In this document: positions 51,075-63,359 of the stretch, in pieces | Position numbering within the stretch: the stretch's first letter is position 1 | Layout: each line of letters opens with the position of its first letter | From: Azolla caroliniana | Lineage: Eukaryota > Plantae > Polypodiophyta | DNA length: 64,000 nucleotides | Assembly (NCBI GenBank): GCA_043228905.1 | Contig: JBHGNT010000012.1 | Span: 10,850,001 to 10,914,000 of the forward strand | Direction: 5' to 3' | Program-made: the position numbers and the translations under genes | Notes under the pieces: generated by a model | Databases searched by the model: none | What the model was told of the DNA's origin: nothing | What the model saw: the letters and a program-made list of their open reading frames with translations, nothing else

Positions 51075-54000
51075 ACGTCGAGACTCTATGTATGACTCGA
51101 CGCCATGACGGTGGTATGGGACGTTGATCGAGGTTCAAGTCTGTCTTGATCCCTTCACTCGGGGGTGGTCGGGTGGATCGACACCCTTCTTTCTCTCTCT
51201 CCTTTCTTATTTTCTATGTATTATATCCTTATCATATGTTTATGTTAGATCATAGTTGTAACAGTTGGTAGCAGAGCCATGTTTCTAATGTTCCGTTTGT
51301 TGATTGTTTTCTTTTGATGGATGACGATTGATCAATGTATGATCGAGCTTGATCTAGATAGTTATCAACAAAGGAACTTTGGTAACTCTTCCTTCTTTTT
51401 TTTCTATTTTTTCTTCTCCCAATCTAATCATGTATAGTCAATATGTAACTTTTTACATTGATTCAATTATGTTGTAGAGGTAATACTTGGTTGTATAAAA
51501 CGTTTACATAGATTTGATATGTGATTTATGTCGTATGCATACGAGGTTAATACCTCAATTGTGTATTATGTTCACATACATATGTTACGTATTCGTATGA
51601 GGTGAATACCTCGATTTTTATGTAAATGATATGCGATTGGTGTCGTATGCGTAAGAGGTCAATACCTCAATTGCATATTACGTTCACCCTTATTTTTGGA
51701 TGTTTCGTGTGTGTAGAGACTATATGCCTCGATTACATGTCTCGATTTCATCATTTGTTGGCTATTTTATGTTATGATTTTTTTTTAATATACGCATGTG
51801 TGGTCACGTGTATACGTATTTGATTGTATACATATGATAAACATACATATGTTTATATTAGTTATTACGTGATTTTGTGTATCGAACGTTGTCCTTTTCA
51901 GGGAAAGGATCTTGATGGCCATCGTCACATTTTTGTTAGAATGGCGTTGTCACCATCCATTTTTCAACAATTTTTTTGTTGCCATCCCCATTGGTCACTT
52001 CGATTTTGCTATGCGTTATAACGAAACGATCATAGCCACAATGATGTTGAGAGTGTAGGACTTGACCCACATCATGTGAGGTTGTTCCTATGACACACAT
52101 ATCCAACATCCCTCCCTTGTTACATGGATATGATGCCACCATGATATCATCATTACAAAAGGAATTTGTAATGACATAACCATTTGATGGGTCATGTGGT
52201 CCTACTACAAAAAGAGGGCTCATTTGGTTGACCATTAGGTTGGATTTTGGTGTATGCCATCGTAATTATGAGACTTGAGGTTAGGTAACGTACCAACACA
52301 GTTTTATAGTAAACGAGGGGGAAATAAAGACTCTCGAAATATTTGTTTTGGGCAAATGCCTTTGCATATCTCTTATACCCATTAACATTAAACATTCAAG
52401 TATTTAAGGTATTTGTTTAACCATTTGGTTAGCTCAAGTGTTTAAGGTATTTGTTCTCAAGGTCTCGAATTCAAATATGACCAAGACCATACAATATTGT
52501 TGATACATATGAGTATAACACATGTTTAGACTTTAGGTCTAAGTGCACTTCGGGGTCCTCATAATAGGACTTAAGGAGCTGAAACCACATGCGTGGACAC
52601 AGAGACATAGTAACATTTTTTCGTGTTTAAACTATTCACAACGCGAACATACATGGTTGAGCCTCAGGGAACCGCCATGAAGAAATCGATATATAGATCA
52701 GGGAAAGACATTCATTTGTCACCCCCATGGTTTTTAAAACACCTTTGTGTTACCATAATAACCTGATCTTGAACCTCATCTCATACGTCTAGAGGGGTTT
52801 TGACGTGAGATCATGATATAGATTAATGTTTGCCCATGATATGTTTACATCAAGACAAATGTTATGACTATTTGTCTGACCTTATCCTATTTCTTTGCCA
52901 AAAATTATCATTCAATGGCTCATAATAACGACCCGATGACATTCGCACAAGGGGAAGGAATTCAAGGAAATCCTCCTAGGACAAACAATCCCCATTGAGT
53001 CGTATTTGTTACAAATACAAAATTTCCTTCATTCAACTTTGCATCAGATGACCGAACTTCGGGAATCTCATAGTGCTCTCGAGGCATGTGTCATTAGTTT
53101 ACAACGTGATACTAATAGACCCGATGATCGTCAAGGTGAACCATCATTTGTCGTAAAGCCATTTACGGGAGAAAAAAAGGAAAGAATCGAAGAAGCAATC
53201 TACACGTGGCTGGGCCGATGGGAGTCTCATTTTGAGCTCTATCCCAAGCCAAATAATACAAAGATTGCATATGTCGGCTGAGAACTTGGGGGTAAGGCTG
53301 GCACCTAGTTGGTGTGGGCTCCAAACATTGGGGAAATTGCCCCATACCTGGACAGATTTTGTCATAGTTTTCAAGGGTCAAATTCTGCAACCTCCATCTC
53401 GAACCGAGGCAACACAAGCTTTAATGAACCTCTCTAGCAAGAAGGTTTCCTCACTAGAAGACTATGTTCACCATGCTAGAACTCATTATCCAAAAATTGG
53501 GACAATTGGTTAATAACTTGTTTTGTCAATGGTATCCCCAATTTGGACTATCACTGGATAATGCACAATAAGGATCCCAAACCCTTCGAAGAGACCGTTG
53601 AAATAATTCTTCACTATCAATGCACATCTAAGAAAGACCATAACAAACCCAACGAAGCACTCGGGACTTAGTAGTCGCAATTCTGGGGGAAACGCAAGAC
53701 ACCCAACAAATTCATGGATCGCGATTGTAAGCGACAACATTCTTTTTGAGTATTCTACAAAAACAAGGGTCAAACAAAGGAGCAATGTCGAAAGCTCCAA
53801 CGAAAAGAGCACGACAACAAAACAAAAGCTATAGACCATAAAGGTTAGATTCCTAATGTCCTTCAGGTCTAGGTCTATACATATCATTTAAGTAATTGTG
53901 AGTGTTTGTTCCTTCAGGTCGATGAAATCTTAAATGATTTTCATGATGTTTTCTCGAGCGAACTACCACATGGGTTACCTCCTAAACGTAATATAGAGCA

Positions 54001-54734
54001 TCGTATAGATATTGTACCTAGTGTTGCACGAAAAAGTAAACCTCATTATTGTTTAAGTAGATCTGAAGAGGATGAGGTATCTAAGCAACTTAAGACTATT
54101 TACGAATGGGTTATATATGTTATAGTAAATCTCCATGGGGTGCACCTGTTCTCTTGGTAAAAAAGAAAGAGGGCACATGGCGTATGTGTATTAATTACCG
54201 ACACTTGAATAAAGTAATGATCAAGAATTCATATACATTGCTCCGGGCTGACGATATAATTGATCGTCTACCAAAAGCTCGGTATTTTACGAAACTGGAC
54301 CCCTGTACGGGCTACCATCAAATTCGTATAAGTGAGGAAGATGTTCCTAAAATAGCATTTCGAACGTGCTATGGTCATTATGAGTTTTTGGTCATGCCTT
54401 TCGGTTTGATCAATGCTCCGGCCACCTTTCAACCAGAAATGAAGGACATTTTCCAAGAACAACTTGGAAAATTTGTCGTTATTTTCTTGGATGATATTCT
54501 AGTTTATAGTCGTACATTAGAAGACATGCTAAACATATCCGCTTTGTTTTACAAATATTGCGTGACAAATAGTTTTATGCAAAGATCTCAAAATGTGAGT
54601 TCTTCAAGAAATCAATTACTTATCTTGGACATCTCATAACCGAAAGGGGAGTTGAAATCGATCCTTCTCGCATCCAAAAAGTCAAACATTGGCCCACTCT
54701 TTGGAATTATAGTCAAGAAGTTCGATCATTCCCT

Positions 54735-55595
54735 GGTTTTGTCTGGTTTTTGCAAAAATGTCTTCGTAATTACTCCCAATTGACGATACCATTTACTAAT
54801 CTTCTCAAAAGTCAAACAGGTAAGTCTACAAAACCTATTGTGTGGAATGCTACACTAGACCACGCCTTTAAGGAACTCAAGGACCTGGTGTGCAAGGCTC
54901 CTTTGCTTCTTTTACCGGATCCTTCAAAACCTTTTTAGGTTGAAACCGACGCCAATGATTATCTTATAGGTCCCATCTTATATCAAGATGGTAAACCAAT
55001 AGCATTCGAGAGTAAGATTTGGTTTTGTGTAGTTTTTGCGAAAATTTCTTCGTAATTACTCCCAATTTACGATACCATTTACTAATCTTCTCAAAGGTCA
55101 AACACGTAAGTCTACAAAACCTATTGTGTGGAATGCTACACTGGACCTTGCATTTAAAGAACTCAGGGACTTTGTGTGCAAGGCTCCTTTGCTTCTTTTA
55201 CCAGATCCTTCAAAACCTTTTCAGGTTGAAACCGACGTAAATGATTTGGCTATAGGTGCCATCTTATATCAAGACAAGATGGTAAACCATAGCCTTCGAG
55301 AGTAAGAATTGGTTTTGTCTAGTTTTTGTGAAAATTTCTTCGTAATTACTCCCAATTGATGATATCATTTACTAATCTTCTCAAAGGTCAAACATGTAAG
55401 TCTACAAAACCATTTTTGTGGAATGCTACACTAGACGTCACCTTTAAGGAACTCAAGGACCTGATGTGCAAGCCTCCTTCGCTTCTTTTACCAGATCCTT
55501 CAAAACCTTTTGAGGTTGAAACCGACGCAAGTGATTATGCTATAGGTGTTGTCTTATATCAAGATGGTAAACCAATAACATTCGAGAATATGAAA
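54735..55595 (+). repeat. Tandem triplication (~286-290 bp) of the RT-RNaseH connector within the chromovirus pol
   Basis: GGTTTTGT..(A/G)GTTTTTG.. starts at 54735, 55021 and 55311; LRNYSQ...LLLPDPSKPF is encoded three times. Confidence 0.9.
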
Positions 55596-57443
55596 CTTGA
55601 TTCTTCTCAGTGTCGGTATACCGTGCAAGAAAAGGAATTATTTGCAATTATTCATGAGCTCAAGACATGGCGCCATTATCTTTAAGGAAATCGTTTTGTG
55701 GTAACTATTGAACGAGTCCTTGAAATATTTTTGTGACCGACAAGACCTCAAAGGTCGTAAGCCACGATGGGCGAATCTCATCCAGGACTTTGATTTTTTT
55801 CCATAAGATATCGTAACAGTTCCATGAACACTGTCGTAGATGCACTAAGTCGCATCCGTGAAGTTAACATGCTTAGCTTCACTGAAATAACATCGGATCA
55901 TTATGGTCACCTTCAAGGAAAGCATCCGGATGACAATTATTTTGCGAAATATTAGGCAAGAGTTCAGTCTGGAATAGACACCACCACATCCTCGAAGGAA
56001 TACTTCCACATTGCTAATGGTCTGCTCTACCATAATGGGAAGGTTTGTGTTCTAGATTTGCCTGAGGTCATAAAGAGAATGCTTTTTGAACGCCATGATG
56101 CACCCTCAATAGGGCACCTTGGAATACATCGTACACTCGTTCTTATCTCCACTCAATTTTATTGGCCTAAGATGCATCCTGACATACATAACTATGTGAC
56201 TAAATGTGTCAGGTTAACAAAGCCGTTGGACTTTTACATCCCTTGAAAACTCCCAACAATAAGTGGGAAAGTATATCCATGGATTGTTAGCCTTCCTCGC
56301 ACCCAAAAAGGCCATGATGCCATCTGGGTTGTGGTTGATCTACTAACTAAAATGGCCATATTTATTGTTACTAAAACCACGGTAACAGCTCCTAAATTGG
56401 TTTACCAATTCGTTGATGAGTTATTTTGTTTTTATGGGTTACTGATGGATATCGTCAGTGATCGAGATCTAAAGTTTACTAGCGACTTCTGGACGCAAGT
56501 CTTTAAGAAGTTAGAAACTACATTGAGCATGAGCTCCATGGATCATCCTCAATCCGATGGACAGACAAAACGAGTAAATCAAATAATTCAGGACATGCTC
56601 CATGCATATGTTGGTACAAAACCAACAAAATGGGAACATTATCTCCCAATTTTGGAGTTTGCTTATAATAGCTCCAAAATACGTCGACGAGATATAGTCC
56701 TTTTATGTTGATGTATGGTTTTCAGCCACGAGCCCCAATTGATGTTAATATATACAACATGATGAGTTACGAAGTTGTAGAACTTTCTTTGGGATATGTA
56801 AGATATGTTGCATATTGCACTAGATAATATAAAAACAACTCAAGATAGAGGGCATTTTTATGTCAATCATAATAGGCAACCTCGTGTATTCAACCCTGGA
56901 CAGAAAGTATTTTTACATGTACCTCACAATTCTAATACATTGTCTATGGGTAAGTGCGCTAAGTTAGCCCCACGGTTTTGTGGACCTTTTACAATCCTCA
57001 AACGCATTGGTTCATCAGTCTATCGTGTCACTCTTCTTGATGGCATTAAAATCCATCCAGTCTAAAAGAACTTCTTGGTTCTGGCGACAATACAGTGACA
57101 ACTGAAACTCGAGTTACTTCTGAAGAATTATCTTCTAAACCACATGTACCGGAAAGAATTCTCAATGTTAAAACAAAGAATTTTCGTTCTAAAATAATCT
57201 GAGAATTTAAAATTAAATGGATGGATAAATTTATCGATGTCACATGGGAACGCGAAAACACTCTCAGAACTAACTTCCCTAACTTTCCATTGCAAGAGTG
57301 CAATGTATTAAAGAGGGGGAGGGGAGTATGTTACAGGCATCACCATATAATATCTCGTGGTGAGAATGTACCGTAGTATGAGGCCTAGCTGGGCAGGATT
57401 ACTTTTAATCTTTGGGATTGAGACAACCCATTAGGCCAAGTGT

Positions 57444-57534
57444 GAACTTGCATGGGGGCCTTAGGTCTGGCTATAAATATGAGGCCAACTAGGCCTCATA
57501 TTTAAAGCTAGACCTAAGGCCCCCAGGCTAGTTC
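57444..57534. repeat. Fold-back inverted repeat: 43-bp arms, 5-nt loop
   Basis: 57444-57486 versus the reverse complement of 57492-57534, 4 mismatches. Confidence 0.9.
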
Positions 57535-57539
57535 GGGAT

Positions 57540-59120
57540 GACTAAGTCCGATCTGACACTTACACGCGGAACCCCGCGACACCATTCTACCAGAAACCCT
57601 CGAAGCACATCGAAGTTCAATACCACTTCGTTCGGGACCGTGTAACCTTATGTAAGCTCAGCCTTGAGAAGATCTCCACGGCCGACAACATATCAGATGG
57701 AATGACCAAGTGTCTCGCAACTGACCAATTCCAGTCACTTCGGCACTAGATGGGCTTAAGGAGAAATCAATCTGATCGAGTCGGACAACAGAGATAGCTT
57801 CGAACAATTAGCCTCAACAACCGATTTGGCGTGTGCTCTCAAACCAACCTATTCGGCCTCTCTTTATTTCAGCCATTACTGAATCGGCAATCAGGCGATC
57901 TATTCTAGCATCTCTTTGTATACCTTGTATCTCTTGTTTTTCTCTCTAATATTCTTTATTTCTCTCTCTAATATTCTGTCTCTTTGATCTTGATCTTGGT
58001 TAAGTTACCTTGCTAATCTTTGTCATCAAGTTGGTGATCATCATCACATAGTGTTGTTCACATTCTGCACTAACGGCCTAAGTCTGGAACACATCTGGCA
58101 GCTTGGATGTAGCCGGTTGGACTCAGACCATGCATGTACATCTAACAATTGGCCAACGAGTCTTGGTTCTATCTAACCCTTTATATCAACAACATGATTG
58201 GAAAGCTGGAGCGAAGCCTTCATAAGAAATTCTCAATGAATGAACTCAGACAAGCCTGATATATACTAGGCATGATGATAGAGCGAAATCAGACTGAAAA
58301 TACCCTTTGACTCTCCCAATCCGACTACATCCAAAAGGTGCTGAGGCGCTTCAATATGGAGAACGCGAAGCCAACATCGACACTGCTTCTAATGTCGCGT
58401 CAACTAGTGGACAAAGACTCTCAATCCACAAAATAAGAGAGAAAGCTCATGAGCCAAATTCCCTACGGATTGGCCATAAGAAGATGTACGCAATAGTGGC
58501 GACCCGACTAGACCTTTCCTATGTCGTAGGGCTCACCAATTGCTACATGTGCAAACCCGAATGGAAACAATGGGAACTTGTAAAGAATATATTCTGCTAC
58601 CTACGTGGCATTGAAGATCTACAACTAATATTCGGATTGGACAAGCAAACCGAAGTCGAAGACTTCACGGATTCCTATTATGCCGCCAACCCCGACAATC
58701 AGAAGTCCATGTCAAGATATATCTTCACCTATGGAGTCGGCGCCATATCATGGAGGTCGACGCTACAGGACTGCATGGCACTCTTGACAACAGAGGCCAA
58801 GTATATAGTTACATCGGAAGCAGCCAAGAAAGCCATTTGGATGCATTGATTGTCGCCCAATTTTTCAATTAAGAGCCGAAATGATCATTCGGCACTGATC
58901 TTGCATTGCAACTCTCAGAGTGTAATACACCTCATCCAAAATCCAATATATCAGTTAAGACAAAGCATATTGAGGTCAGGTACCACCATATCCGAGAGCT
59001 CGTCACTGACAAGAAGCTCAAAGTCTGGAAAGTGGATATGGAGGTGAACATTGTTGACAGCCTAATGATGCCACTCCTAGATCAAAGCTTCGCCACACTA
59101 AGAGGACATATGGGACTACA
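57540..59120 (+). pseudogene. Two Copia RT/RNaseH remnants
   Basis: KHIEVQYHFVR...ADNISDGMTK at ~57600; MYAIVATRLDL, AISWRS and KHIEVRYHHIRE at 58480-59100. Confidence 0.85.
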
Positions 59121-59437
59121 ACAAGTGAGCGATCGAAAAGGAGCCGAACAAGAGAAAGCAGAAGGTAAGTCAAAGATCATCATGACGATCCAAGCTAAAA
59201 TGGCTAAGTCGAAGGAGTTGAACTGTCAAAAAGCTCTAGACGTGGCTAAGTGCGAGGAAACCGAAAGGACAAAAGACAATAGAAGGATGAATGGAGCCAA
59301 AAAATTATCCCAGAACCTTCGAGGAACAGAAGGTCTAGCATACGCGAGCATCCAACATCCTAGAAACTGAAAACCGAATCAGACACTAGTCGATTCAGAC
59401 ACAGGCCAACTCACCTAAAGTCGACTTCACCTCTGAA

Positions 59438-62190
59438 CACGTTTGCATTCACAAGTGGAAGGATCACGCATAATGGAAGGATAACGAATATTTTGGTTGA
59501 TTTTAGTACTTTTTCAATGATTTTACAAAACACATTGATACCAGTATCATGTACTATGAAAAAGGTTAAAAATCCACTATTTTCGTGATTTAGAAATAAA
59601 TAAAAAAAGAGGAATTTCATAAAGTTACATTCTCAATTTATATCATAAACTTTACAACCAAATGTTATTTTATAAGAAACGATTTTTTAGAAATCATAAG
59701 AATTCAAAACACATGCTTTTATATTACTCAATTTGTTACAAGCGGAATGTAGTTACACTTAATACCTAAAAATACATTCATGATCACTCCTTTACGGAGA
59801 ATCACTACTATAACTAATATACAATTACGATTCCTCCTCATCATCCTCGGATGTACCAATGAATGCATTATCTTCGTCATAAACCAAATGGTTTGACTGT
59901 AGATTATATGTAGCAGATCTCTTTTGCCTTCGACTTGAGCCAGCTTGTAGACCTGGTAATTTTTCTTTTATTATATCTATTGGTGACTTCCTTAATCGTT
60001 CGGCTTTTGTAAGTGTGAAGTTGTACACGATGATATCCACATAAGAGATATCAAGGGTCGAGGCGTTACGAATGTTTCGCTTCCTCTTCCTACCTCCCCT
60101 TGTCGTTGGGCATTCAATCATCTCCAATGTATACTTACCTGTAAAAGCATTTGCACTTCTAGTGTTGTACCAATGAACGTTTATAGACTTCATCGTGTTT
60201 TCTATTTCATGCATTAGCACTTCTAGAATTTTACCAACCCAAAATTGGTGGCCATGCGAGTTCTCATCAGCCAACGTTGCAATCAACATCCCCTCCACCG
60301 AGCTCTTGCAAATTGCCTTGCCATCTAGCTTCGGCTGCTTTGGTCATCCTTGGTCTCACATAAATGTCTCTTTGTTGTGGATGGACCAAACTGTCATTAA
60401 TCACATTTACTGGTTGCCCCGGAGTTTTATTTACACGATCATGTTGTAGCGACCATGTGAATGGCATTTCCAAATTCCAATTATCACCAAATACACAATT
60501 TTCTAGAATTCCTTTCTGATCACTAAAAAATACATCCCACCATGACGTTGTCGTGCCTTTCGGCTCCGGATCGTTGCGTGAGTCGGGTGGGAACCGCTGA
60601 GGTTTTGGACTAGGAGAAGAAGAATATGAGATAGTTTTGCTATGAATAGATTGCAAGATGGAGATGTGAAAACTCGTGAATCCCACGAGTATAATGTATT
60701 AATGGATACTTAGATTGTAAGAGAGAATTAGATGGTAAAATCGTGAATCCCACGAATATTTTGTATTAATCAATCCTTAAAAAAAATCAACAACTATACA
60801 TATTTTGTAAAATTGTGTTAGAAGAGTCTAAGTTTATCACATGCAAGCATCATGCTTTTCCTAACTTTAGTTTTCATGCACACTACATGTGCATGATTAG
60901 CTTTCTATCCCATCTCTTCTTTTAACTCAAGTGTGTATGCATGAATAACTTTTCGTACCATGCATATCTAGAATATTTACATGGGATAAAGTTTAGTATA
61001 ACTTTAAAATTCATAATATGCTAGTATAGTGGTAAGGCTTAAAAATCGTTAACATGGAGGTACAGGGTTCGAATCCTACCCTATGCATGAAACAATCTTT
61101 TCTTCAATTTACAAATTTGTCTCTTCATCCGGTGAGAGATTCTTACCGGCCTTCTTTATCCAGCTCTTGCCGGTTCTGCTTGATCCGGTTCTTATCGGTT
61201 CTCCTTACCGATTCCTTTCGGAGGGACAAAAAATGTAATTTTCACGTAGTGTGCGAATTACACTACGATAACGTGTCTTGTTGTGCAGCTTATTTCTCGG
61301 CGGCCTCAATATGCTTTCTTTTTTCTTCTAAGGCTTGGAGCCATAACCGTTTATTATTCTTTTTCCAAAAAGATTTCCTTCATTAGTATTAAGAAAAAAC
61401 GCCATAAGGCTACAAACTGTACAATTTAGAAAGTATCATATACAAAAAGGATAATCAGGGGAAGGGCCAGGGATGATGATATTTCCAGATTGGTCCTTGA
61501 GAGGAGATCGTGAGTAGAGGCAACTTCCTCCATAATTGCAGTAATTTTTTCCTTTTCTTAAGAACAACCTCCGAAGGGCCTGACATATTGTCATATTGCC
61601 CACGCACTAGTTTTTGTTCTGATACCAAGTCCCTATGCAACTGTCCTTTCTTCTCAATTGGCATTTGTTTAGCTCCATGGACAATTACAAAGTAATAACT
61701 GGCAACCACCTTTAGGTTCCCATGTTGTAGAAGATGAATATTGTTTAGCATACAAAAGCGTATAACCACTTATTTCATTTTTCTTTATCATAAAAATGCG
61801 ATTGAAGCTTATATTGTTTAACATGGCGAGCACTTTAACATTCCCAATACCCCCATCTGATATATATCTCTTAAAGTCATATACCTCCTTCAAGTGTAAC
61901 ACTTTTGGGCATGGTGTATATGCATCTCAAATGACATCAAATAGTTTAAGTAATGTGAAAGCATCATGCCGAGACAACTGTCTGGAGAATGTGCTAAACA
62001 TCTGATCCATATGATCATGTGTGTGGCTAACCAAAAGAAAATTGACTTTCACTTTTCTAAACAATCCTTGGTTGACCAACATACTTAGATAGCCAAACAC
62101 AGTTGAATTTTTGTTCTCTCTAGCAGTATTGTCCAATTGAATGTATAGAACAAGGGGGAACGGTTGAAGCATTGAGAATCATTGCGGGGT
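59438..62190 (-). mobile_element. Sola1-like DNA transposon, 5'-truncated; transposase remnants on the minus strand; terminus CACGTTTGCATTCACAAGTGGAAGG
   Basis: LYIQLDNTARENKN...FLLVSHTHDHMDQMFS (62172-61927), further coding fragments to 59825, and a terminus shared with 30462-30492. Confidence 0.65.
61021..61085 (+). promoter_or_regulatory. tRNA-like Pol III A/B-box module inside the Sola1-like element
   Basis: TAGTATAGTGGTAAG...GGAGGTACAGGGTTCGAATCC at tRNA spacing; no full cloverleaf. Confidence 0.55.
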
Positions 62191-62214
62191 GGGGGGTGGT
62201 GCCTAGAAGGGCTC

Positions 62215-62526
62215 CACCCCCCTCCCAAGGGGGTTCAATGTTAGGGAGAGGAAAGAGACAGAGAAATGATAAGAGAGAAAATGAGAGAGAAAATGATTAT
62301 TGTCTTCATTCATTCCCCATAAGGGGTTAAATAAGTACAAAGGGGTAGATCCACAAGGGTGCAAGTTTCTAGGCACCACCCCCCTCCCAAGGGGGTTCAA
62401 TGTTAGGGAGAGGAAAGAGACAGAGAAATGATAAGAGAGAAATTGAGAGAGAAAATGATTATTGTCTTCATTCATTCCCCATAAGGGGTTAAATAAGTAC
62501 AAAGGGGTAGATCCACAAGGGTGCAA
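62215..62526. repeat. 162-bp tandem duplication at the junction into a Gypsy LTR-like region
   Basis: Near-identical units start at 62215 and 62377. GGGGGGTGGTGCCTAGAA (62191-62208) is the reverse complement of 62367-62384. Confidence 0.9.
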
Positions 62527-63359
62527 GCCCCTTGGGCATTCACACCTAGTCACTCACTCACACCTCTTTGTATCCACCACACTCACACTTACATTCACAC
62601 TCATAATTGTATAAGATTACTGTTGTCCACCTGAATAGTAACCGACGGACAAGAGCGCAGGAATACGGAATAGTATAATATTGTAACGCATGTAACGGTT
62701 CACGCGGGAAGCGTGAACGGCTAAAAGACCCTGCGTATATGAAGGGTAGAAAACCTCTGATAGAGGTAGTGTGTAATTTTGAATGTAAGAGGCGTATCGT
62801 AATAGAATTCTATCTTCTCTGATATCTGTGTGTAGCTACGGCTAATCTACTGTGTGTCTATAACACATGAGAGTGTAGGAGTAAGTAACAGTGTGTGTTT
62901 TAGCCCACTGTCAAAGGAGCTCGGTTGTAGCCGTCCCCCCTATATGTTGCTAGGTTACGGGGAATATCCCACTAAGTATTATGCACAGACACTACCATTC
63001 GTTGTCACACAGTCACTTGGAGGTCTAGGTCGAAGGACTGACCGTAGACCATGTTCCTAGTCGGTAACACCTTTGGCACACTTGGTGATCTGTGTCTTCT
63101 CACAGACAAACAACGACGAATGAATGTTTAGCCACAGACTCCCCAAATAACCAACATGACCAGACCGGCCAATCACAAGGTCCATCACACGCCAAGAAGA
63201 GGAACGCGCACGGCAGAAGCCTCGCCTCAACGTCCTCAACACTACCTGTCATGATCAAAAAGGTGATTTCCCGCTCTCCAAATACCTCGACGATATGTGG
63301 GGAGCACGCTCACCACAACAGCATTGTGGTCTTCCCTGGCCCGCCGTAGCCCCTAGCAT

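Larger units (their letters stand above)
42837..57486 (+). mobile_element. Chromovirus copy: 5' LTR 42837-43064 + 51079-51262 (split by a nested element), PBS, long leader, decayed gag-pol, truncated 3' LTR from 57329
   Basis: LTR starts TGTTAC(G/A)GGCAT at 42837 and 57329. PBS TGGTAGCAGAGC ~51265; PPT AAGAGGGGGAGGGGAG; [15 protein letters not shown]...FLDDIL; integrase; chromodomain. Confidence 0.9.

Noticed and set aside
30155-59470. The two matching transposon ends as one giant 29-kb element
   Set aside because: They face outward and represent the same end of two separate copies.
63012-63035. TGGAGGTC as a tRNA-Gln PBS for the final Gypsy
   Set aside because: Only ~8 nt of complementarity by recall, and the LTR boundary is not verifiable in this window.
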